Source: the human T2T-CHM13v2.0 reference genome, Homo sapiens. Taken from it: a stretch of DNA of 64,000 bases. The stretch is from NCBI RefSeq assembly GCF_009914755.1, contig NC_060926.1; one strand, 5' to 3'. The translations under genes and the position numbers were made by a program. Shown here piece after piece: positions 1 to 13,377 of this stretch; positions within the stretch are counted from its first letter, which is position 1; the number at the start of each line of letters is the position of its first letter. The notes below the pieces were generated by a model. The model had not been told where the DNA came from. It did not search any database and saw nothing but the letters and a program-made list of their open reading frames with translations.

Positions 1-232
1 GGAGTTCAAGACCAACCGGGGCAACATGGCAAGACCCTGTCACTACTAAAAATACAAAAAAAATTGCTAGGCGTCATGGCATGCACCTGTGGTCCCAGCT
101 ACTTGGGAAGCTAAGGTGGGAAGATTGCTTGGGCTCAGGAGGCGAAGGTCGCAGTGAGCTGAGATTGTGTCACTGCACTCCAGCCTGGGTGACAGAGCCA
201 GACACTGTCTCAAACTTAAATTTTTAAAAAAA
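1..232 (+). mobile_element. Alu (AluJ-like), cut by window start
   Basis: GGAGTTCAAGACC...A-rich linker...GCAGTGAGCTGAGATTGTGTCACTGCACTCCAGCCTGGGTGACAGAG, then A-rich tail. Confidence 0.95.
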
Positions 233-1345
233 GAAATGGGCAAAGGACCTGAAGACAAATGGCCAAAAGATATATGAAAACATGCTCAATGTCACTAATC
301 ACCAGGGAATACAAATTAAAACCACAATAAGATGTCACCTCACACCTGTTAGAGTGGCTATTATAAAAAAGACAGGGGATAGTATTTGTGAGGATGCAGA
401 GAAAGGGGAACACCTCTATACTGTTAGTGGGAATATGAATTAGTAGAGCAATTATGGAAAATTAAATGGAAGTTTCTTGAAAATCGAAAGTAGAACTACC
501 CTATCATATGATCCAGCAATTCCCCTTCTGGGTGTATGTCCAAAGGATATGAAATTAGTATATCAAACAGATGTCTGCACTCCCATATTAACTGCAGCAT
601 TATTCACAGTAGCCAAGATAGAAAATCAACCTTAGTGTTCACATTTACTTATGTAACAAACCTGCACATCCTGCACATATACCCCTGAACTTAAAATAAA
701 AGTTTAAAAAAAGCTTTTTAATAGAGCAAAAATAAATAAATAAAAATTTTTAAATCTTAGTGTTCATCAATGAACGTTTAAAGAAAATGTGGTATATTGT
801 GGTATAGATATACAACGGGATACTATTCAGCCTTTCAAAAGAAGGTAAGCCTGTCATTTGTAACAACATGGATGAACCTGGAGGACATTATGCTAAGCAA
901 GATAAGTCAGGCACAGAATGATGAATGCTACATGATCTCACTTATATGTGGAATCCTTAAAAAGTCAAATGTGTAGAAATATACAGTAGAATGGTGTTAT
1001 CAAGGGCCTAGGGTTATGGGGGAGGAAGAATTGGAGAAATGTTGGTCAAGGGATACAAAATTTCACTTAAACAGGAGGAATAAGTTCAGGAGAGCTATTG
1101 TAAGCACGATGAGTGACTATGGCTAATAACAATGTAAAGCATACTAGAAAATTGCTAAGAGAGTAGATTTTAAATGTGTTCACCAAAAAAAATGATAAGT
1201 ATGATGATTTAGCCTTTCCACAATGTATACTTATATCAAAGCATCATGTTGTACAATTTTTGTTTTATTTTGTTGTTTACTTTGTTATTAACTAGTAAAA
1301 GTATATAATTTTTACTCATCAATTAACAAAATTAAAAATTACAAT
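233..1345 (+). mobile_element. L1MA-type LINE-1, ORF2 end plus 3' UTR
   Basis: AAATGGGCAAAGGACCTGAA, ATGGATGAACCTGGAGGACATTATGCTAAG, AATTGCTAAGAGAGTAGATTTTAAATG are typical L1MA 3' motifs. Confidence 0.85.
642..755 (+). mobile_element. Extremely 5'-truncated L1PA/PB 3' terminus nested in the L1MA
   Basis: TATGTAACAAACCTGCACATCCTGCACATATACCCCTGAACTTAAAATAAAAG plus A-rich tail, flanked by CTTAGTGTTCA at 631-641 and 756-766. Confidence 0.85.
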
Positions 1346-1365
1346 TTTTTAAAAATAAAACAGAG

Positions 1366-2110
1366 TTAGAAAGAACTTACCAAAACTGTAATCCAGCTTT
1401 GATATATCTCAGTCCCTGATTGGATTAAGGTGAGCAGTTCTACTCTATCTGCCTGGAAAACGAAAAGTAAAACCTCTTTGGAGGAAGAAATCATTATTTG
1501 AACCTCTACAATTTTTTTCTTACCTAATGTCTCATATTCAATCAACAATTACTAGGCATGACAAAAGACAAGATCATATCAACAAAACTCAAGACAAAAA
1601 AACAGGAAATAGAAACAGGCCCATAATGACTATATATTGGAGGTAGCAGAGAGTGACATTAAAATAATCGTGATTAATATGTTCAGGAAAACAGAGGAAA
1701 AAGTGGCAAATCTCACCAGAGGACTAGAATCTATAGAAAAGAATCAAATAAAAACTCTAAAACTGAAAAGTAATATCTCTAAAATTAGGAACTCAATAGT
1801 TGGTTTTAAAACAGGTTACATATAAAGAAAGGAGACTAGTGATATAAAAGACTGGTAAATAAAAAACCCAAAGTGAAGAACTATGAAGAAAGGACTAGAA
1901 ACTATTTTTAAAAGTAAAACCCAACTAGGTCAGTCAAATGGCATAATATATATGTAACTGGAGTCTCAGAAAGCTAAGTGAGAGCTAGAGAATTGAGTAG
2001 AATCACTATTTACAGAAAAAATAGCTGAGATCTTTAGAAACTGATGAAGGATGTTAACTTGCAAATTCAAGAAATGCTATAAACCCCAAACAGAATAAGC
2101 AAGAAGATTA
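1366..2110 (+). mobile_element. Ancient L1M 5' UTR/ORF1 remnant
   Basis: ORF 1637-1825 (DIKIIVINMFRK...KNQIKTLKLKSNISKIRNS) resembles degenerate L1 ORF1p coiled coil; A-rich. Confidence 0.7.
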
Positions 2111-2201
2111 TTTGCTAATTAAGTAAATGAATAAAGAGTCGATGCCATAATCCAAACCTGTAAGCATATCATTGCCATGGCAATAAAAAATTGGCTTAGG
2201 C

Positions 2202-2552
<351 letters not shown>

Positions 2553-3493
2553 TTATGTTCTTGTTGGCATGACTAAAAGAGATGGAGGAGCTGATCTATT
2601 ATTTAGCCAGTTGTGTATTGCCTAAGCAGTTGATTCAACTCATTAGGGCATAAGTCACATTAGGGAAGGGATTTCCTTTCTTGCTCATGCTCTACCCTCA
2701 GTGCCTGAACTGTGACTTTTTCACAGTAAGAAATCAACTAACATTTATGGCATTAATGAATGAACCATCTAACCATTCATTCATCCTCAAAGATTACTGC
2801 CAAATATGCATGAATTTTCTTTCAATGGAATTGCAAATAATACTTATTATCTCACTCAACTTTATCTCTGGGGCTATGGGCAAATTGCTGACATATTATT
2901 TTAAGTGCTGGCCCACAATTTTAAAATAGGAGCTCATCTCTGAGAATATCTTGAACCAATGGACACTTCTACTTAATTTTCACACACTTATCTACCAACT
3001 TATTATTGCACTGGTCCACCTTATTAACCTTTTATGTTTATCAGCTTGGATGATACAGGTTACAGACAATAAACAAAGAGGTGTCCTCAGAATTATTGCT
3101 TGTTGGATTATCAGATTCCAGTTTTTTTTTCCATCATACTTTTTTAAAATTGAATGATCTGTCAGTTTTTCACAGAAAGTTTTTGAAGAGAATCTTCAGA
3201 TATGCCCTTGGTTAAGTCACTTCTTTCTGGGCATCCATTGCTAATCAGAACAGAAGACAGTTAGACCACAACAGAGGCACAAATAGAGCAAAACTCTGAG
3301 TGGATGGAAACTATAGATACATCTTATTTTACCTGCAGAGAGGTTTTCTGGGGGTGGGGGGTTATTTATGTGTGTGTGGCTGAGGGGGTGGTTGGTTGCC
3401 AATATATAAAAATGTTGTTACATAAAGATTCAAACATCCAACTTTCTAGCTACTTCAGAAGTCAGATCTGGCAACACTGGGTCCAAAGTCTCA

Positions 3494-4103
3494 TGCGGTG
3501 GCCAAAGGAAAATTCCTCCTGTGTCCTCCAAAGGTTTGCTGAAAACCAATTCACAAAAAGCAGATGAATAGGAGAAAAGGCATACAAATTTATTTTAATG
3601 TGCATACATGGGAGAATTGTAGATTGATTACCTAATAACCCAACGGGGTCCAGATTGTTATATACCCTTCTTCTTAGGGGAAAGGGAGATGGAGCAGTGT
3701 AGATGACGTTAATGGGTTAGTAAATGATCTTTAGGAGAATTCAATGGGCTTGAAGAATATACAATGGCCTGGGACAGAGTCTGTTGGACCCTCAGAGCGA
3801 ACAGTGGTTTGTGATAAAAATCTGTCCAGGTGTGTTGACAGACTTTAGTCTTCCTTCCTGCAACATAGTTCAGTTAATGAAAACTCATGGAAGGGACCAG
3901 AAGTCATCCTTTCCTTTTTTGGAGGGTCCAGATTTTAGGCAGATGAGAGTACTTATAAGAGTAACTTAATCCTGTACTTTGGGAGAGACAGGACTGAGAG
4001 AGAGGACGGTGGGTGGGTAGGTCAGAAAGATCTTTAGGCTTCTTTTTCAGTTCAGCATGTCAAAGGGCCATATTTTGGGGGGATTGTTTTCTGAGCCTCA
4101 ACA
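3494..4103 (-). mobile_element. ERV1 (MER4-group) solo LTR, subfamily uncertain
   Basis: TG...CA termini; end CCATATTTTGGGGGGATTGTTTTCTGAGCCTCAACA resembles the reverse of a MER4-group LTR start; near-TSD CTCA/TTCA. Confidence 0.65.
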
Positions 4104-4277
4104 TTCACATGAGAACAGGTCAGGGCTACCCTCTTCCATAATAGCTTGATTTCTCTGGTTCTCCCCGTGCCTTCAAACCCACATTACCCCTTAATGTGAC
4201 CTGACCCCTGAACTAGGTGAGTCCTGATTTCCTTGTGTATGGAGCATTCTGTTATTTTATAAAATACTGTCAATTAG

Positions 4278-4676
4278 TGTATTAAGCCATTCTTGTATTG
4301 CTGTACAGTACTGCCTTAGACAGACTGGGTAATTTATTTTTAAAAAGAGGTTTAATTGGCTCGCAGTTCTGCAGGCTGTACAAGCATGGCCCCAGCATCT
4401 GTTCAACTTCTGGGGAGGCCTCAGGAACCTTTTACTCATGGTGGAAGGTGAAGTGGGAGCAAATATTTCACATGGCGGAGCAGGAACAAGGGAGAGGTGG
4501 GTGCCACACATTTTTAAACAACCAGAACTCACGAGAGGTCATTCACTATCACTTGGAAAACACCAAGACATGAAGGATCTGCTGGGACTCAGTCGCCTCC
4601 CACCAGACACCACCTCCCACATTGGGGACTACATTTCAACAAGAGGTTTGAGAGGACACAGATCCAAACCATCTCA
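4278..4676 (-). mobile_element. MaLR LTR (MSTA/MSTB-like)
   Basis: TGTATTAAGCCATTCTTG...GGGGAGGCCTCAGGAA...GATCCAAACCATCTCA; 5-bp near-TSD ATTAG/ATTGG. Confidence 0.85.
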
Positions 4677-4779
4677 ATTGGTATTGGATGACTAATAAGC
4701 ATTTCATAAACATGTGCATTGGTTAAAACTATGTTGCCACTATATATGATTTATTTATGTTTAAGATCATAGGCAAAGT

Positions 4780-4830
4780 TGATGCTCTGAGTCTCAGTTT
4801 CCTCATCAGTAATGAAGGGAATAGGTTGCT
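4780..4830 (+). mobile_element. MIR core fragment
   Basis: TCTGAGTCTCAGTTTCCTCATCAGTAATG. Confidence 0.5.
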
Positions 4831-5029
4831 AAATGAGGGGCTACTGGGGCCTAGTGGTCCTATGCAGCCCACTGCCCTCCCTCTGAATTTAAGGCTGCTT
4901 CTCAAATATGCCCAGATATTAACACTGAACGACTATAAACTGGAGAACATTTCCATTAACACTCTGCTAGTTAATGAAGTAGATAATATAAATTGTAAAA
5001 TGGTATTCTAAGAAGCAATAATAAAGGGC

Positions 5030-5560
5030 TGAGGGCTATCTTCTTAACAGAAATATTGGAAGACAGAAGACAATAAAGTTGTATGTTTAAAAGGCTTTAT
5101 GACAATAATTGCCAACATGGAATTCTATACTTTGTGAAGATGTTTCAAAAATCTAGATGAAATAAAGACTTTCCCATCAAGCAAAAGCTTTGAAGATTTG
5201 TTGCCAGCACAGCACATCTAAATGAAAAGAAATACTAAATAAAATTCTTCAGGCAGAGGAAAAACAGTTCCAGAAGCAATGGTGGAAATGACAAAAGGAA
5301 TGAAGAGCACGAGAAAAGGGAAATTCATGAACTCAACGTAAAAACAAATGAAGTTTGGCTATGCAAAACAATAGGTCTGCAAACACTGACTATGAAAAAC
5401 AATGATGTCTTTGCAGGGTTTCAAATATATGTAAAATAGTCACAAAAATGTATGACAACGGTAATTCAAAAGGAAAGAAGGGGTAGAATTGCAGTAAAGT
5501 GCCCTAAATTTCTAATATTATCAGATAGAAGGTAAAAGTAAATATACAGCCCATAGTAAG
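5030..5560 (+). mobile_element. Ancient L1M ORF1 end/inter-ORF remnant
   Basis: GAATTCTATAC...GATGAAATAAAGACTTTCC...AATACTAAATAAAATTCTTCAGGCAGAGGAAAA. Confidence 0.6.
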
Positions 5561-5826
5561 CAGACATTACAGAAAAGCCCCTCATGTAAAAGACAGAGAC
5601 CAAAGTAACAACAAGCAAACAGAAGCCAGTCTGAAAAGAAACAAAGACAATATAGAGAGGGGAAGACAAAATAATAGATAACATACTCAGAGCAAAAAAA
5701 AAAATTAATTAATAGACTTAGATCAGAAAAGATGTGCATCCATGAAATAAGAAAAGAAAGCAAAAAAGGGGCATTCAGAAAACAAAATGTACAGTACTTT
5801 TGGAAATTTAAATGAAAATAGAAACT

Positions 5827-6260
5827 AAAGACTGGGAACCAACCCAAATGCCCATCAATTATAGACTGGATAAAGAAAATGTTGCACATATACACCATGG
5901 AATACCATGCAGCCATAAAAAAGGATGAGTTCATATCATTTGCAAGGACATGGATGAAGCTGGAAACCATCATTCTCAGCAAACTAACACAGGAACAGAA
6001 AACCAAACACCACATGTTCTCACTCATAAGTGGGAGTTGAACAATGAGAATACATGGACACGGGGAGGGGAATCTCACACACCGGGGCCTCTCGGGGAGT
6101 CAGGGGCTAGGGGAGAGATAGCATTAGGAAAAATACCTAATGTAGATGACAGGTTGATGGGTGCAGTAAACCACCATGGCACATGTATACCTATATAACA
6201 AACCTGCACATTCTGCACATGTATCCCAGAACTTAACGTATAATTAAAAAAAAAAAAAAT
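5827..6260 (+). mobile_element. L1PA (about L1PA7) 3' UTR, 5'-truncated
   Basis: GGACATGGATGAAGCTGGAAACCATCATTCTCAGCAAACT...GTATCCCAGAACTTAA, poly-A. Confidence 0.92.
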
Positions 6261-6261
6261 C

Positions 6262-6432
6262 AACCAGACATTGTGGCACATGCCTGTAGTCCTAGCTACT
6301 CAAGAGGCTGAGGCAGGAGGATCACTTGAGCCCAGGGAGTTGAGGCTGCAGTGAGCCATGATTGTACCACTACACTCCAGCCTGGGCTACACAGCAGGAC
6401 CCTGGAAAAAAAAAAAAAAGAGAGAGAGAGAG
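6262..6432 (+). mobile_element. Alu right monomer (FRAM/AluJ-like)
   Basis: GGAGGATCACTTGAGCCCAGGGAGTTGAGGCTGCAGTGAGCCATGATTG; A tail then (AG)n. Confidence 0.9.
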
Positions 6433-9400
6433 AATATTTAAATAAGTAAAAGTGTTTTTCATTTTCCTAATTTTGCAAATCATGCTGTAATAAATATCTT
6501 TATAATTAAAGTTTATTAAGGAAAAACATTTCAATAACAGGATTTGAGGATAGTGCTAAGTAATCTCTCAAAAGATAGAGTAAAAAAAATAGGTGAAATA
6601 TAAGACAGGAAAGATGAGAAAAGATTAGGATCAATCCAGGAGATCCAAAATCAGAATAATAAGAGCATTAGAAAAAAAATAGATAAAACAGAAAGAAGGA
6701 AACTATCAAACTTTTTTTTTTCAAAAAAAAGTCTCCACATTGAAAGGCAGGAGTTTCCAGATTAAAAGTACTAATAAAAGCAATAAAAGAAAAATGCATT
6801 ATAAGCCACATCATTAAGAAATTTCAGATCACCAGGGACAATAAAAAGGCCCACTAATTTCCAAAGAGAATTAAAAAGCAAAAAGTCGATTCAATGGATC
6901 AAGAATTAATATCGCATCAGATTTCTCAACAGAGATACTGGATGCCCTGAGAGCAGGAGCAGTGCTTGCAAAAATTCTGCAGCAACCTGACTTTCATCTT
7001 AGAATCTAGAACTGGCTAAACTAGAAATCATGTGTGAGGATAAAATTAAATCATCATCAGACATGTAAGGTCTCCAAAACTTTGCTTCCTATGCCCCCTT
7101 TCTTGATCAACTCCTAAATGGCATTTTTCTCAACTAAAATATGGGAGAAAACCAAGAAAGGGGAAGACAGGAGCAAGTTAGGAGAACCTTCACAAGGTGG
7201 CGAGGGGAGGCTGAAGGATGGCAGTTGTGTGTCCAGCCTTGGCAGACAGTCCAGATCAGAACAGGAAAGAGGACCTCCAGAGGGATGTGCTCCCAGCGCT
7301 CTACCTCCCAACAAAAGGGACGTAGATAGGTCACATTATTTTCACATGTACTGGTTGTACTTGAGAGAATATTTACATGTCTGGCTGACAGTTTGGGAAT
7401 AAATTAGTGATAATTGGTGTTTACACAGAAACCTAAGGAAAGAGAAAAAGAAAGAAAAACAGACAAAAAAGAAGCAATTATTTACCCCAGGAAAATCTAA
7501 ACGTATAAAAGAAAAGAACTGTAACCATACCTTGCTACACTTCACAGCCGTGAATAGTTACATAGTACCAACAATGTAAAGAGTGAATATTGATGTAATC
7601 AAAAATTATAATGCAACACAAAGAGAGGATGAAGAGGGAGATATATCTTGGGGTTGTGGGAGGTGATTTTAAGAACACTAAATTCTTGCCTTCCATATAG
7701 TAAGGGGCCAGTAAGTAAGACCTAGAACTGGAAACAAATCAAGAAATAACACTACAAGCAGGTTATGTAGAAATATGGCAATAAACAGCAGAAGAAACAG
7801 CTTAAAGTTGAAAGAGGTAGTCTCTGGGGAGTTGGACTGGAGGCGGGAAGGGTGGGACAGGATATTGCTGTTTTTCATTATGAGCTTTGTAGAAGGTTTG
7901 ACTTTTTAAACAATGTACATGTATAACTTTGATAAAACAATATTAAATTTAAAAAGAGAGGGTGACGTGAAGCTTTGAGAGCTCCAAAATAAAACTAGAA
8001 TGAATCATTGGTATGACACTAAACTTGAAATGCTTGAATTCTAAAGCTAAAACCTTGCTTTTTCTGGTCCTCACTTTTCTCAAGGGGATTGATTAATTCA
8101 GAATAAAAAAAAATCCCTGTGAACTACTAATTACTAGCAATTAATGTCCCTTTTTCTTAAGTCCAGTTACAAATCATTGTTGCCTAAGAACTAGGACTGC
8201 CAAATTCATTCTAAGGAGGTGCATAGCTCATAAGGTACGTTATAAAAGCCAAGGTGAAAACCTATACTTCTTGTTCTATTTCCCTTGTGTGACTAAACAA
8301 AAGGCATGAATAGCAATGCGACTGTCTGTAAAGCTGAATGTGTACCAGGTGCAAGGACAGATCGCACTTCATGTTAGTGAATACACCAAGGATTTCATTA
8401 CTAAACGACTTCAATCTGCTGAAAAGAATTACTGCCACCAGAGGACCTTTATTAGCAGAAGCAACTATGAATGAATGAAAATGCAACATAAAGCAACACA
8501 GGCATTTCCAAAAAAGCATTGGAAGATCAATAGCTCTTTTAGATTTCTCCAAAGAATAGCTCCTCCTCCCTATTTTCACATCTAGCGAGAAATGGTGTGC
8601 TCCTTTCTTTATCACACTGTTTTTCCAGGTAGCTATTAACAAAGAAGGCTCTCCTTTGCTGCTTTCTTCTGCCTATAAGCATTTTTAAGCTAGCATTGAC
8701 CCTAAGTGGGTCAGAGCTTACACTGATGTCAGGTTAGCATGGCATTGCAGCCATGAATCTCATCCATGGTTTGAGGAATTAAAGCATAATAATGGAATCC
8801 TAACAACTATCCTCTAACTTATATAGTTGCTTAAAATTACTTACTTGCTTAAATATTGATTCTTGCCCAATGACCATAAGTGGTGAAATTTACAATGCAG
8901 ACAAAAAAAAGTCCAGTTAGTGAGGCCGGCCGTATCTAGTTTCCTCTATTTTCAGCTGCCAACAAGAGAGTATTTCTCTTATTTTGAAACATATTTTCTC
9001 CCATAGAGGGAATAAGAATGACTGCAGAACAAGAATTTAGGCAACATGCATTTTGGAAAGAAACCAATGTGATCCGGGTTTTGGTAAATTCTGTCTATGG
9101 AATGTTTCTGAAAATAATTATCCAGTCACAGTATTCAGTTAGCCATTTCTGAAAACTTGATTTTCATTGTGCTGGCCACTTTGGCAGGCTTTCTAATTCT
9201 CAGATGGTTTCCATCCATTCACCCTGAAAACATAAGTGCTAATTGTCTTGCTCTGGACTCTCTTAGTAGGTGTAAACTTTCCATTTGAGTCATGAGGGTC
9301 CAGCCCCATGATTCTTGTTAATGTTAATAAATAAAGCTCTATAGTAAAATCTTGGCCAGAGTGAAACAGCTCTCAGAACATATGGACTCAAGATGATCAT

Positions 9401-9869
9401 TCACACCAGGCACCAAGGAACTCAATCCAAGAACCTAAATGTGTAGTTTCTTCCTAGCTCAGACTGGTTTTCTGCCTCATACAAAGGAAGAGGTAAAAAG
9501 CACTTATAACTTGACCATTTGATTCCTCACATTACATTTGGTAAAATTATGTCGCACTTTTCCAGTGTAGAGAGGAACTGTTAAGGTGAGAATTTTTTAC
9601 TCATCACCACCTTCTTCAGGGAAGGTATTTAGCAGGCATAATATGTGGAGTTCCAATTTTCTGGGAGAGACCGGACCTAACTTGAGACAGTTAATTGACA
9701 ATGATAGGTAGAGTTCCCTAAATGACAAATGAATGATGCAAATAAAATAATGCTAAAGGAACTGGGGAAGGGGAGGTACATGGTTTGGGCAGGAAAGGTA
9801 GATCAGAAAGAAATGGCAATGAACTGAGCCTTAGGAAAGTTTGAGACAGAACTAAATGGAGAGGCAACA

Positions 9870-10095
9870 TAATATAATTTTTAAGAGTATGAATTCTGGA
9901 AAAATCTACCTGGTTGTGAATCCCAACTCTGCTGTGTAATAGCCATGTGGTCTTAAACAATTTGTTTAATATTGCTGAGCTTTAATTTTCTCTCTTGTAA
10001 AAATAGGATTAAATAGTATCCACCATCTTAAGGGGATGCCAGGTTAAATTTAATTAAAACATGTAAAGGACTTAGGTCAATGTTTAGCACAGAGT
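9870..10095 (+). mobile_element. MIR
   Basis: TGAATCCCAACTCTGC...TGTAAAAATAGGATTAAATAGTA...ATGTAAAGGACTTAG. Confidence 0.75.
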
Positions 10096-10749
10096 TGCTG
10101 TTGTTGCTATATAACAAATGAGAGAGGAGTTCAGAAGACATTCCAAGAAAGGGAAATATCCCAGCAAATTAACAAAATATATTTAATCACATGATTACAC
10201 TGAAATGAAAAGCTCATGACAGCACCAACATCAGAAAGTTTTTCCATTTGTTCCTCATACTGGTGAACCGGCAATTTGAAAAGATAAGTATGTAAGTGGT
10301 GAGATTTCACTTAAATAAAGAATTACCCATATCTGTGTTGGAAATTTTGATTATTTGTCTAAAATGTAAAGAGTGGAAGCATATGTCACTAATTTTAAAA
10401 AAGGCAGTTCACATATTTTTTTAATGACTTCAGTCAGACATGAAGACCCAGGTGCTTCAGAGGCAGGCATTAGCGCAACACTAGAAAACAAGAAAATGAG
10501 GTGCCAAACAGTCTACATGATTTAGAACTCATTTCTCTAGTCACTATGAATGCAAATGTCTCATTTACATAAAATCCACTCATATAGATGCTAATCGAGA
10601 GCAAAGGAGAGGCTACCACTTTTCCTATCTAGCATCAGAAACAGGAAATCAGAATTCAAATTATTCCCGTTGGAAATAGTGATAGGATCTCTCAAATTGT
10701 TATGTTGATCAGCTTTAATATTTTGATATTCAAGAAGTATCTATTGAAT

Positions 10750-10960
10750 AAAGAGTACTTATGGAGTGTTAACCATGACCCAGGCATTGTCCTAAATGTT
10801 TTTAATGCATTTTTCATATAATTTTTTACAACAACCCTAATTAGAATGTTCCATTATTATTCCTTCTTTTGCTGATAAAGAATTGAGACTTAGAAAGGTT
10901 AGGAAAGTTGCCTTGTATCGCAAAGTAAGTGTGTCTATCTGATTTTAAAGTACATGCTTC
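10750..10960 (-). mobile_element. MIR
   Basis: CCAGGCATTGTCCTAAATG...ACAACAACCCTA...GAATTGAGACTTAGAAAGGTTAGG. Confidence 0.7.
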
Positions 10961-13377
10961 CTGCTCAATGTTAAAATGTTTAATATAACTCCATTAGCAC
11001 CCACCTCTCACCTGCATCTGCCCAGTTCTACTCCCATTTCCAGAAACAGAGCATCCAAAGAGAGGCTTCTTTTCCTTTAAGCCAGGCAGAAATTTATGCA
11101 AGGGAGAAATATGGAAGGAATAAGTATGGTGCTAGGGACTATGACAGAATTGTCCACCTGAATGCAAAGGAGAAAGCCCAATACTTAAACTGCCATTGCA
11201 TGCCATTCTGTTTTAATCAGCCAACAGTAGCAACAATCTAATTGAGGAATCGAATTGCCACATTAGGTAGAAGACAAACTGCTTAAGTAGTTGTTTTTAG
11301 CAAATATTGAAGACAGTTTCAAAGGCCCAAGGCAAGGAAATAAGATTTGTGCATTTACAGCTAGATGCTTCTGATAATTTCTCATAACGTCAGAGTTCTT
11401 AAAATGTTTTATTTCCGGCAATCTGTAGGAGTAAGACATTAGAGCCAAGTGAATCAGCATAGAACCTTGCTGCTGATTCTCTGATTTTGAGAGCAATATT
11501 TATTTTCCTCTTGAGAAGATTGTTTTAGGATCTTGCATCTGTTTCTATGCCATTCAGTTGGCAGCTGCTTCTCCCTATTTCCTCCCACACCCACCAAGGT
11601 GTCTCAGCTCTACCAAGAACTCCCACGCCCCACCTCCATGAGTTCTTACACCCACCCTGCTGTGCAAAGCTTCCTCGGAGGGGTCCTTTAATATTGCATC
11701 TCTTAATTCCAAGCACCACCCATATCACAAAACACAGGGTAAACTCACTCTACAAAAGAGTTGGGGGTAAAGTCATGTCCAGTAGTACATGACTAAAACC
11801 TTTAGTTAAATATAGTTATTCCAGAGTTCATGGGAAAAGTAAAAAAATAAAATAAAATTTTAAAAAGTAAGCCCTTCTCAGGTGAATCCTATGAAGATAC
11901 ATCCATGTTAGTCTCCTTTTTTTCCCCCCATCTTCTCTTTTCTGAGATAGAAAAAGCTCTTTCTACAAGCCTTTAAATCACAGGCCTATATCCACCTTTT
12001 AGGAGCAACCCACTGCCTAACCCCAAGAGTTTATTTTACTTTAGGATTAAGCCATAAGGCACCTGCAGTAGTAGAGTCCCAAATCCACATCTAGCCATGA
12101 ATAATACCACAGTGGAGGATAGGAGGCAGGGAGGTGAAGTAGTAGTTTCCCCCCAAGGTCCAGCTAACTCTCTCATTCTTCCTGGTTATCCAGCAGAGAA
12201 GCATTGGATTGACATTCACTGCAATTTTCTGCCAATATTATCAGATAATTTTCAGAAAATTGCAATCTCAATTCATATTAAGGAAGATAAATATTTCCTT
12301 AAATATAACATGTACTGACTTTATTCTTTAGAATGTGTCATTTCTCACAGATTCATTATCCTTCTTCTCATGCCCAGAGACCAAAAATCAGGAAAAGCAA
12401 AGCCTTTTTTATGCCACTGAGCCAGCTGCCCCTGATAACCATCGTCTGGTTACATCAAGGCCTGGCCACAGCATCTAAAAGTCCCTTTTCTTTCCCTCAA
12501 ACTTGATCAGATTCCTGGGCATAGCATCCCTCATACTTGTTTCTGTAAACAGAGGGATCCAGTGAAGACTCACCATTGTCTTGTTTACAGTAACTGTTCT
12601 GTCGTCAAGAGAGATGTGCTACCACCTTCATTTGAAGTTAGAAGAAATGCTATTTAATACAAATAGAAACCAAATAAAAATTTTTTAACATACTTGCATT
12701 CTGAATCTGTGGCATGTTCGGGAAAAGTCCATGCATCAGTTCTATATGTTTTGTAAAATATTTAATGGTTGTTTGTTCCATTGTTCTAGGCAACACCTAC
12801 TCGGGTTCTATATTTTGTGGGTAGTTCCTGGACAAGGCTGTTGTATTTATATGCTATCCAGTGGCAGGTATTCTGTAAGTTGCTCTGTATTAGAGTAGTC
12901 CAAAGAGTGCCATAAATATTTCTGCTCTTCAGTGTTCAGAGTCCCTACTCCCTCATCTCTTCCCTGTCTTCTCTTTCTCTGACTTCCCTTATTCCCTTTT
13001 TCTATCTCTTCCCTTTTCTGTCCCTATATTTTCTTCCCAGGATATCTGAGAACTAAGGATCAGAAGCAGATCTGAAGCATCAATAACGAGCAGTTCCAAA
13101 TTACAGGAAACTAAAATTGAATACTATGCCTTCCCAGGTTCTTAGAAGTCAATGAATGTGAAGCAATATTTAGAGCCTGAAATTGATTTAATATCTGAGA
13201 AACATTTTCAAAAATCCATAGATGGGAAGATTAAGGAAAGCCTGACAGAAATTAAAAAGTAGTCCCTTTATTCAGTGGTTCCTAACAGAAGTGCAGGGGG
13301 AATAATTTGAAAGACGTGGATTCGACCCCTGCACAATTCCAATGGTAACTGACAAGACAGAAATGATTTGTCTAAAC

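Larger units (their letters stand above)
5560..7955 (+). mobile_element. HAL1 (half-L1) element, interrupted by L1PA and Alu monomer
   Basis: GATGTGCATCCATGAAATAAG; CAGACATGTAAGGTCTCCAAAACTTTGCTTCCTATGCCCCCTTTC; 3' end TTTGACTTTTTAAACAATGTACATGTATAACTTTGATAAAA match recalled HAL1. Confidence 0.7.
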
